64,000 nt of DNA from positions 1 to 64,000 of IMG/VR virus record IMGVR_UViG_3300022932_000002. One strand, 5' to 3'. Below the pieces are notes generated by a model. It was not told where the DNA came from and did no database searches. It worked only from the letters and a program-made list of their open reading frames with translations. Positions 52,612-61,279 of this stretch are shown here, in pieces (position 1 is the stretch's first letter; each line of letters begins with the position of its first letter). The DNA comes from a virus. A program made the position numbers and the translations under genes.

Positions 52612-55600
52612 TCAATCATACTTCGCAGGAATGAATCAAGATACAGCTCTTAATAAGAGAAGTCCTGATTCATATTACTATATGAAAAATCTTCGTGTAG
52701 TAACTGAAGAAGGTTTATCTACAGGATCTCTAGAAAATGAAAAAGGACACCTACTAGGATTTATAGTTCCTAATATAGGTGAAGTAACTTATGGTGATAC
52801 TGTTATACCAGCACAAACTAATTTAAAGATTATTGGTTGGACAACTCTTAGGGAGTATATTATAGTATTTACTACAAGTGAGACTTCTGATAGTCCTACT
52901 AATTCTGTTGGCCAAATTTGGAAAATAGAATTTAACGAAGCTACTAATACCATTATAGGGGCATCAAGTGGTGTATTGAACTCAACAATACATCTCATAT
53001 ATAATAATTATGTGAACTTTTCTACTTCTTATAGAATTAAAGCTATCGGAAGATATGAGAATGAGAATACTCAAGGAGTTTACTGGACTGATTACTATAA
53101 CGCTGTTAGAAGTATTAATACAGCAGATCCTAATTCATTATTATTAGATCCTGCTACATTAGATTTAACTCCTTCGGTGTACTTTACACAAGCTGAAGTA
53201 TTGGATATTGGTAATGGTAGTTTACCTACAGGTGTAGAAATACAATTAGGTTATCAATTATTAAATGCTGGTGGAGCTGAAACATTGTATTCACCTTTAT
53301 CTCCATTGATACCCTTAACCTTCCAAGGATTCGATATCACCAACTTTAATGATTTTGAAGGAACAGGTAATCCTACTTTATTACAAAGAAGTATTACTTA
53401 TCAGATTACTGGTATTGATACTACTTACGAAATTATTAGACATATAGCTGTTGTTTATACTGAACCTGGAGTTTATACAGTTTATAGATTTCAAGAAGAT
53501 CTAATTAATAGCACAGGAGAAACTACAGTTACATTAACTAGTTTAACTGATGCTATTCAGATACCGCTAGTAGAATTTAATATACTCTCTTCTGGTTTTG
53601 ATGTAGCTAAAGATATTGAATCTAAAAGTAATAGATTAATTGCAGCTAATACAAAGACTAAAAGTTTTGATTTAGATTATGATGCAAGAACTTATAGATT
53701 TGATGTAGCAAGAGATGCTTTAATTAAAGATTCTTCATTAGGAAATATAACGATAGATGGAACAGCTCCTGATTATGATATTAATATTGAACATAATGCT
53801 ATAAATGATTATAATGATGAATCAATTGTAAACTGGGCAGTCAATAGCCAATATAAATTTCAAGCTGACGGTACTACTTTAGGAGGATCTGGTCCTAATA
53901 TTTCTTATGAATTTGTTACTCAGGAGTTAGCTTCTAATTTTAATTTAGGTAATACTTCAGCACCACCACATATTGCTGTTAACACTTGGACAGCTATAGA
54001 TGGACCAAGTACATTAGATGTACTTAATAAAGATGGAAGTAATAAATTAATTAATAGAGTAGGACAATTTAAAAACTTTGCTTCTCAATGGGCACATAGT
54101 AACTTTGTAGGTTATTCAAGAGGAGAAACCTATAGATTTGCTATTGTGTTTTACAACAAAAAAGGAAGCGTATCATTTGCAAAATGGATTGGAGACATTA
54201 GATTTCCAGATGTTGAGGATGGATTCCCATTACAGAATACTATTTCAGGTATACCTTATCTCTATTCTTTAGGTATTAGATTTACTGTAGATACTACTTC
54301 TATATTAGATCAAATAAGTGGCTTTGCCATTGTAAGAGTAGAAAGAAATGAAGAAGATAAAACTAAATTAGGATCTGGTATATTAATGAATTTTGATATA
54401 CAAGATCCTGATGATGAGAATTCTATTATTCAAAGATGGCAAACTACAGGTCCTGAAGGAGGTACTTTTCCTGCTGTTGATAATGATGTAGATATTGTAG
54501 GTTCTGTTGAATCAGGTAATTTGCATTTAATGGATAGACCAGGTTTTGGAGCTATTGCAGCTGCTAACCCTGGAGTTAGAAGGTTCTGTACTATGCTGAG
54601 TCCTTTAGGTCAATTTTATGCACCAGATTTCAAAACAGGAGATTATATAAGGACAAGAGCTTTTTATAGTTCTAGAGCTTATAAATATGGAGGTGATACT
54701 TCAGGATCTCCTTCTGACTCAGATTATGGTTTCTCTTATAAATTAGCTGCTTATGTACCTAATGACAATTATGAATTATTTGAAATTAGAAAACTAAGAG
54801 TCCTTAGAGGAGGAGAGTTTATCTTTGGCTCTGATTCTTATATGTCAGATGAAGCTCCAGGTAACAATCTAATGAATGCTTCTTATTCAAGAGAAGGCGG
54901 AGGAGCTAATGAAGAAGTACCTCTAGGTGTTGGACCTCAAAAGATGTCTTTTATTTTACATAGTACTCCTACTATACCTAACAATTCTGGTGATCCTGCT
55001 TTTGAAGCATCTTGGATTGGAGAGTGGAATGCTGAATCTAGTATAGATTTTGCTGGTACAGATATTACAAGTACTGTGTTTAATTTTAAAGAAATAGTAT
55101 ATGCTAGATATTTGACATCTCAGTATGGTGGTAATACATATGTGAATAGAAGCACTAATCAATATATATCTACAAATCATTATCAAGTAACAGAAGATAC
55201 TACTAATCCAATATATACATTTAGTGTATTTGGAGGAGATACTTATGTAAATTATTATGATGATGAGCAAATAGAACAGTATAGAACTCCTGATACTGTT
55301 ATAAATGCGCCATATAAAGGCCCTGGAGACAATAAGTTATCAGTAGCTATATGTTTCCCTGTAGAGTCTCCTTATAATACAAATTATAGGCCTAGGAGGC
55401 ATTGGGCTACTGATAGAAATGGAAGTGATATGGGTTCTTATTCTGGTTATATTTTTCCTTACAATAAAGTATGGCTTCAAGAAAATTCCACCGAAGAGAA
55501 ATACTTTGCTAAAGATTTCTTATTTAGATTTACAGAGGAGCACCCACATCAATTATGGGCATCTGAAGAAAAGATAGATGGAGAATTAATTGATAGCTGG

Positions 55601-56803
55601 AGAATATTCAAGATAGCAAATGCTACAGAAGTAGAAGGTATTTATGGTCCTATTAATAGAATTATAAACTTTAAAGACAATCTATACTTCTACCAAGATG
55701 CTGCTTTTGGAGTTGCTTCTATAGATGAAAGAAGTTTAATAACCGATGAATCAGGACAACAACTTACATTAGGTACAGGAGGTGTGTTTCCTAATTACAG
55801 TTATATATCTAGAAATACTGGTAGCATTCATCAATTTGGAGTAGTTGCTTCAGAAAATGCTTTATATCATTATGATGCTAGACTAAAGAAGATTTATCAA
55901 TTTTCTGGACAACTAGGAAGTCTATCTGATTTAAAGGGAATGAGTAGTATGTTTGACAATGATATTAATGGGAATATACTTAAAAAAGATAAGACACTAC
56001 AAAGAACTAATGAAGGACCTATAGGTATTCATAGTGAAGTTGATTTTAGATATAATAGGATTCTTTTCACCTTTCTTAATAGAGAAACTGTATTAGGAAT
56101 TGAAGATTATTCTCCTACAGCTAGTATCTATGTGTTCTCTGTAAATGATATAGTTTATCAAAATGGAATCATTTATAAAGTCTTAACTAACTCTACTATA
56201 GAGTCTGATGATTTGATATTAGCAGATTATCCTTTAGTGTTTACTTCTATAAAAAGAAGTGCTAATGCGGATCTAACAATTAGTTACAATGAAATGATTC
56301 AAGCATTTGAGTCTTTTTATGACTATACTCCAGGTTTATATTTACAAACAGGTAGAAGACTATTGTCAGCAAGTCCTTTCCAGTTGAATAGAGCCTTTAT
56401 TCATAATGTAGGGAATTACTGTAAATATTATGACCAGACAGAATCTGACTCTATTATACATACTATATTAGGAATAGGAGGTAATAGTATGAAAATATTT
56501 AACAATATTCAGTTCTTGAATGAAGTATATAATAGTACCAATGGTGATATATATAATGAGACTTATTCAATGTTGAGATTTTATAATGAATATCAAGATA
56601 CAGGTAATATAAATCTACTTCCAGATGTTAATATTAAAAGAAGAATGAGAACCTGGAGAACTATCATACCTAGAGATATGACAGATGGTAAATCTAGGAT
56701 GCGCAATGCTTGGTTACATTGTGTAATGACTTTTAATAATAACAACAATAAAAGAAATGTTTTACATGAATTGACATATAGTTTTACACCATCTCAATTC
56801 TAG
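52601..56803 (+). CDS. very large virion protein (about 1400 aa), function unknown
   Basis: Start at ATG 52601 overlaps the endonuclease stop. Asn/Thr/Tyr-rich beta-type composition. Confidence 0.75.
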   Translation: MEASQSYFAGMNQDTALNKRSPDSYYYMKNLRVVTEEGLSTGSLENEKGHLLGFIVPNIGEVTYGDTVIPAQTNLKIIGWTTLREYIIVFTTSETSDSPTNSVGQIWKIEFNEATNTIIGASSGVLNSTIHLIYNNYVNFSTSYRIKAIGRYENENTQGVYWTDYYNAVRSINTADPNSLLLDPATLDLTPSVYFTQAEVLDIGNGSLPTGVEIQLGYQLLNAGGAETLYSPLSPLIPLTFQGFDITNFNDFEGTGNPTLLQRSITYQITGIDTTYEIIRHIAVVYTEPGVYTVYRFQEDLINSTGETTVTLTSLTDAIQIPLVEFNILSSGFDVAKDIESKSNRLIAANTKTKSFDLDYDARTYRFDVARDALIKDSSLGNITIDGTAPDYDINIEHNAINDYNDESIVNWAVNSQYKFQADGTTLGGSGPNISYEFVTQELASNFNLGNTSAPPHIAVNTWTAIDGPSTLDVLNKDGSNKLINRVGQFKNFASQWAHSNFVGYSRGETYRFAIVFYNKKGSVSFAKWIGDIRFPDVEDGFPLQNTISGIPYLYSLGIRFTVDTTSILDQISGFAIVRVERNEEDKTKLGSGILMNFDIQDPDDENSIIQRWQTTGPEGGTFPAVDNDVDIVGSVESGNLHLMDRPGFGAIAAANPGVRRFCTMLSPLGQFYAPDFKTGDYIRTRAFYSSRAYKYGGDTSGSPSDSDYGFSYKLAAYVPNDNYELFEIRKLRVLRGGEFIFGSDSYMSDEAPGNNLMNASYSREGGGANEEVPLGVGPQKMSFILHSTPTIPNNSGDPAFEASWIGEWNAESSIDFAGTDITSTVFNFKEIVYARYLTSQYGGNTYVNRSTNQYISTNHYQVTEDTTNPIYTFSVFGGDTYVNYYDDEQIEQYRTPDTVINAPYKGPGDNKLSVAICFPVESPYNTNYRPRRHWATDRNGSDMGSYSGYIFPYNKVWLQENSTEEKYFAKDFLFRFTEEHPHQLWASEEKIDGELIDSWRIFKIANATEVEGIYGPINRIINFKDNLYFYQDAAFGVASIDERSLITDESGQQLTLGTGGVFPNYSYISRNTGSIHQFGVVASENALYHYDARLKKIYQFSGQLGSLSDLKGMSSMFDNDINGNILKKDKTLQRTNEGPIGIHSEVDFRYNRILFTFLNRETVLGIEDYSPTASIYVFSVNDIVYQNGIIYKVLTNSTIESDDLILADYPLVFTSIKRSANADLTISYNEMIQAFESFYDYTPGLYLQTGRRLLSASPFQLNRAFIHNVGNYCKYYDQTESDSIIHTILGIGGNSMKIFNNIQFLNEVYNSTNGDIYNETYSMLRFYNEYQDTGNINLLPDVNIKRRMRTWRTIIPRDMTDGKSRMRNAWLHCVMTFNNNNNKRNVLHELTYSFTPSQF

Positions 56804-56854
56804 ATTTATATTTTATAAATCATTAATACATAATGACATACAAACTAAAATTAG

Positions 56855-56884
56855 AAGGGGAAATATTTTGTATTTCCCTTTTTT
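56855..56884 (+). terminator. rho-independent terminator
   Basis: AAGGGGAAATA-ttttg-TATTTCCCTTT (11 bp, one G-U), then TTTT. Confidence 0.7.
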
Positions 56885-56897
56885 ACTTTTACATTTG
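56868..56897 (+). promoter_or_regulatory. Bacteroidota-type promoter (TTG-N19-TACATTTG)
   Basis: TTG 56868-56870, 19-nt spacer, TAnnTTTG 56890-56897, 27 nt before ATG 56925. Confidence 0.5.
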
Positions 56898-56924
56898 TAT
56901 AACCTACTATTAAAAAAATTATTT

Positions 56925-59081
56925 ATGGCAACTAAGAAAAAAGATAAACCCAAATTTGAGTCTCTCAAAATAAATGAAATAGCTTATATTACCAGTCTTG
57001 CTGATGGAGGAGTACTTCCATATGGTCAAATTGGTAATGCATTAGGTAGTATTGTAGAAGGTATTCCTGCTCAAGAAGATAATGATTTATATAGAATCAA
57101 TAAAGGTAAAATGGTAGGTTCTACAGCATTAAGAGGTGCTGGACAAGGTGCTTCTATTGGCTCTAATCCATTGTTAATGGGTTTAACTGGAGGACTGAGT
57201 GCTCCTATTGGAGCAGCTGCGGGAGCTATCACAGGTGGAATTATTGGTAAAATTAAAGCAGATGATCAGCAGGAAGCATTAACAGATTCTTGGAAAGAAA
57301 ATGTTTATAATGAGAACATGGTAACTTCTCCTTATTATGCACTAGGGGGTTCTCTTAAAGATATGTATGAAGATGGTGGTGCAATCCCTAATCAGGAAAT
57401 TGTAGATATCAATGGTCCTAAACATTCAGAAGGAGGTATTGAAATGGCTAATAATGCAGAAGTAGAAGGAGGAGAAACTAAAGTAGGAGATTATATTTTC
57501 TCTGATACTTTAACTTTGTCTGATGGTAAAACTACATTTGCTAAAGAATCTAAAAAGATTCGTAATAAATATAAAGAAAGAGAAGGTGATGGACCAGCAA
57601 TGAAATCTCAAGCTAAAGATTTAACTTTACTAATGGAAGCTAATGAGCAAGCTAGAATTGCTAAAGAACAAGAAGAAGCGCAATTACAATCAGATTTAGA
57701 AGCAGACTATCTTGAATATGGTGGTTCTATCGCTATTAATGATGATGGATTTCTTGAAGCAGATACAGAACTTCAAGATAAGATATATGAATCTGCTAAA
57801 ACTAGAGGATTTAAGCCTAATGAATACATGGCTAAATTATTCAAATGTGGAGGCATGATGTCTAAGAAGAAAATGGCTGATGGAGGTCTTATGCCAGATC
57901 CTCCCCCTGAAAATGTGGAAGATCCATTAGATATGGAAGCTTATGCTAATCAATGGAAAGAGTGGGAACCAGTTACTCCAGGTTTACCTGATCCTAAATC
58001 CTTTATTGGTAACTATACTATTAATGTGAATGGTAAAGGAGCACCGGGAGTTAATAACCCAAATGCTATAACAGATATTAAGATACCTTATAATAGTCAA
58101 GAGGAATATAATGCTATTAGAAAGGGAGTAGTAGGAATTAAATCCTATGAAGACTACGCTAAAAGTCCTTACTATAAAAGTAGATTTGCACTAGGAGGAC
58201 CTCTAGATGGGGTAGATCCAAATGTATTGACTTCTTTAGCTCAAGGATATAATACAGATCTTGCTGATCTAGCAACATTTGATGATTATATGAGTACTAG
58301 AAATCTAGGAATAGGTAATCCACTTGAAAGTCCTGTACAACCTAATGCTATTATTAATAACCCAGGAACTGTAGAACCTGTAGGAACTACTTCTCCAAAT
58401 ATAGTTGATGAAGACCCAAGACAATCTCAAAGAGATAATATTAAAAAGTTATTCTCTTTAGAAGGTAATGAAGAAGAATATGGTTTATTAGCATCTAATT
58501 TACCTGCTTTAGATAATACACTTAAAAGTTTAAATCCAGCAGTAACTAATTTCAATAGAGTAGATCCAGAAGAAGTTGATTTATCTAGACAAAGACAATT
58601 AACTGAGAGACAAGGTACAATTGGTAGAAATATTAATAGAGAAAATATTAGAGGTAATGCTACTAGTTCAGGTCAAGCATTATCAGCTTTAGCATCAGGT
58701 AATGCAGCTATTACAGAATCTTTGATTCAAAGTGATTTACAAAGTTTGATGAATGAGGAAACTACTAATGTAGGAATTAGGAATCAAGCTGACCAAATGA
58801 ATACTCAAATAGGCAATCAAGAAATAATTGCTAATGAACAAAATAATGCTATGGCCCAATCTATTGGAAATATGGCATTAGCTGATATGGGTAATAATTC
58901 TCAAGGTTATATGAGAGATAAAAAGTTAACTCGTGAAAACTTGAGACAAAATGAAAGAGTTATGTCTATTGTAAATCAATTGGCTCCAAACTATAAAATA
59001 GGAACTGATCCTAATACTGATGAAATGATAATTAAATTCATAAGTGATATGGATAGAACTACTTCAAATAATAAGAAATAA
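56925..59081 (+). CDS. large virion protein (internal/ejection protein candidate)
   Basis: Track ORF 56868 trimmed to MATKKKDKPKF, because the longer N-terminus lies in the terminator/promoter. Gly-rich hydrophobic stretch GLTGGLSAPIGAAAGAITGGIIG. Confidence 0.7.
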   Translation: MATKKKDKPKFESLKINEIAYITSLADGGVLPYGQIGNALGSIVEGIPAQEDNDLYRINKGKMVGSTALRGAGQGASIGSNPLLMGLTGGLSAPIGAAAGAITGGIIGKIKADDQQEALTDSWKENVYNENMVTSPYYALGGSLKDMYEDGGAIPNQEIVDINGPKHSEGGIEMANNAEVEGGETKVGDYIFSDTLTLSDGKTTFAKESKKIRNKYKEREGDGPAMKSQAKDLTLLMEANEQARIAKEQEEAQLQSDLEADYLEYGGSIAINDDGFLEADTELQDKIYESAKTRGFKPNEYMAKLFKCGGMMSKKKMADGGLMPDPPPENVEDPLDMEAYANQWKEWEPVTPGLPDPKSFIGNYTINVNGKGAPGVNNPNAITDIKIPYNSQEEYNAIRKGVVGIKSYEDYAKSPYYKSRFALGGPLDGVDPNVLTSLAQGYNTDLADLATFDDYMSTRNLGIGNPLESPVQPNAIINNPGTVEPVGTTSPNIVDEDPRQSQRDNIKKLFSLEGNEEEYGLLASNLPALDNTLKSLNPAVTNFNRVDPEEVDLSRQRQLTERQGTIGRNINRENIRGNATSSGQALSALASGNAAITESLIQSDLQSLMNEETTNVGIRNQADQMNTQIGNQEIIANEQNNAMAQSIGNMALADMGNNSQGYMRDKKLTRENLRQNERVMSIVNQLAPNYKIGTDPNTDEMIIKFISDMDRTTSNNKK

Positions 59082-59083
59082 TT

Positions 59084-61276
59084 ATGGCCAGCACTAGCAG
59101 ATTTTACAACCCTTCACGGGGAAATTACCAATCAATGTTTGTTCCAAATGTATTACCTACTGAATTAATGGTAGGTGCTTTAGGCGCAAGACAAAAGAAA
59201 GAAGACTTACAGAGAGCAGCTGCTGTAGAGTTAGGCAACTACCAAGAGAAAGCTTTACCTGGTTATGACACTGAATATGTAAAAGGTATACAAGGTGAGT
59301 TACAGAATTTTGCTGGTAACTATATCAATGCTGAGATGTCTTCTCCTGAAATGCTTAGACAATATCAGCAATTTCAGAGAAAGATTAAAACAGATCCTGG
59401 CTTACAGTCTGTAAGAGGTGCTGTTGCTACTCATGACCAGTATATAGATAGAATTAAAGAATTAGAGAAGCAAGGTGCAACAGAAGCAGCTGATGTCTTA
59501 AGATATGATTATAAACGTAGATATGGTGAATATACCAAGTCAGGAGGACAAGGTTATACTGGTGATATCTCCCTAGGAGATCCTTTAATTAGAGAAGGAG
59601 TTGATGTACAAGCTGAAGCTGAAAAGTACTTTGATGATATGAAAGCTAATGGCTATGAAGGAGCTAAATCTATAAGTGATGCTTTAGGTACTTCATATTA
59701 TAAGGTTGGAAGTGAAGGAGTTAGTCAGGCTAGACTAGATGATAGAACTAGAAGTATGATTGATGGTATTTTACAAGCACCTGTAGGGCAACAACTTCAA
59801 AAAGAGTATGCAGTAAGAAAAGGTATTGCAGATTATGAAGTAGACAAGATGTCTGAAAGTGAAAAGAAAAACTTTCAAAAAGAATCTGAGAAATATGTAT
59901 TAGAAAGAATGCGAGATATCTCAGGAGAGTTTGCTTATAATAAAACAACTACAGATTTAGCAGGTGCTCAAAATAGAATGGAACAAAGGAAATTTGAAAA
60001 TCCTGAAGCTGTCATTATGGAAGGTACTCTAGGTGTTATGGATTCTCCTCAAGGTAATATGAATTGGGATGCTCAAATTAATAATGAGAATGCTTCACTT
60101 AAACAGTATTATAATAGTAAGGCTGAATATGAAAGAATGCTTAAATTAGATCCTAATAATGTTGCTTTGCAACAAGAGTATAATGGAATATTAAGAGACA
60201 TTAAAGAAGCAGATAACAGAAAAGCTTTACTTAATAATGAGAAGTCTCAAGCTTGGAATCAAATGATGGCTAATAATCCTGAAGCTCAAAGATATCAGAA
60301 ATTAGTTTTAGCTAAAGAACAGGAGTTACATGATAAGACTGGCTACTTAACTAGAGAGCAAGTAGCTAATCTAGAAAAAGCTAAAGGAACTAAAAGATAT
60401 TCAGAATTAGTAGAACAGTATAGTAAAGGAGTTAAAAATACTTCTTCACAAGAAGCTTTGAGATTAGAACAGGAATTACAAGTTTTAAAATCAGGTTTGC
60501 AAAATACTATTGCAAAAGATTGGAATCAGTATTATACAGGAAATACCAATACTCAAAAACAAGCAGGTATTGTATCAGTACCAATGCTTCCAGGTAGTGT
60601 AGGTAAACAGGAAGAGACTTTTATTAATAATAATCCTACAGCTTATAATTATTATGATGAAAAAGGTAATCCTATTAAATTAACTGATAATCAAGGATTA
60701 AAAGCTTCTGATTTTAAATTAGGTTCTATTACACAAGAAGATTTTCAAGGTACTAATACTAATGGTAGAGTTGGTACAATGAAAAAAATTGTACAAAAGA
60801 AGGATAAAGATGGAGAGTTAGTATATAGATCTGATGGTACTCCTGAGACAGAAACAAGATTGATACAGGTAATTGCTGTTCCTAAGTCTGGTAATGCTAC
60901 AGCATTTACTAAAGAACAATATGCTAATACTTATCTTAAATCAGCTGAAATGAATGTGAGAGCAGGTGATGTTGAAACAGCTAAACTTGCTAAAAGAGAA
61001 GCTTTAAAACTGTTAAATCCTGAGTTAGTTAAACAACTATATAATACACAATCAGAAGACTTTAAGAGTGGGGTAGTGACTTATAACGTAAATAATACTA
61101 CAGATCCTAGAATTGCTAGAATGGCAGATGCAAATGGTAGAGTAACATTAGTAATAGAAAAAACACCACAAGGAAGAATTCAAGTAGAATCTACTAATAG
61201 AAGTGCTTGGGAGTCTCCTATTATATTCAATGATGTAGATGATGCTGTAGAAGGATTTACTACACCTATACAATAA
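59084..61276 (+). CDS. large virion protein, function unknown
   Basis: ORF track; 730 aa, 2-nt gap upstream; helical, Gln/Glu/Lys-rich. Confidence 0.7.
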   Translation: MASTSRFYNPSRGNYQSMFVPNVLPTELMVGALGARQKKEDLQRAAAVELGNYQEKALPGYDTEYVKGIQGELQNFAGNYINAEMSSPEMLRQYQQFQRKIKTDPGLQSVRGAVATHDQYIDRIKELEKQGATEAADVLRYDYKRRYGEYTKSGGQGYTGDISLGDPLIREGVDVQAEAEKYFDDMKANGYEGAKSISDALGTSYYKVGSEGVSQARLDDRTRSMIDGILQAPVGQQLQKEYAVRKGIADYEVDKMSESEKKNFQKESEKYVLERMRDISGEFAYNKTTTDLAGAQNRMEQRKFENPEAVIMEGTLGVMDSPQGNMNWDAQINNENASLKQYYNSKAEYERMLKLDPNNVALQQEYNGILRDIKEADNRKALLNNEKSQAWNQMMANNPEAQRYQKLVLAKEQELHDKTGYLTREQVANLEKAKGTKRYSELVEQYSKGVKNTSSQEALRLEQELQVLKSGLQNTIAKDWNQYYTGNTNTQKQAGIVSVPMLPGSVGKQEETFINNNPTAYNYYDEKGNPIKLTDNQGLKASDFKLGSITQEDFQGTNTNGRVGTMKKIVQKKDKDGELVYRSDGTPETETRLIQVIAVPKSGNATAFTKEQYANTYLKSAEMNVRAGDVETAKLAKREALKLLNPELVKQLYNTQSEDFKSGVVTYNVNNTTDPRIARMADANGRVTLVIEKTPQGRIQVESTNRSAWESPIIFNDVDDAVEGFTTPIQ

Positions 61277-61279
61277 AAG

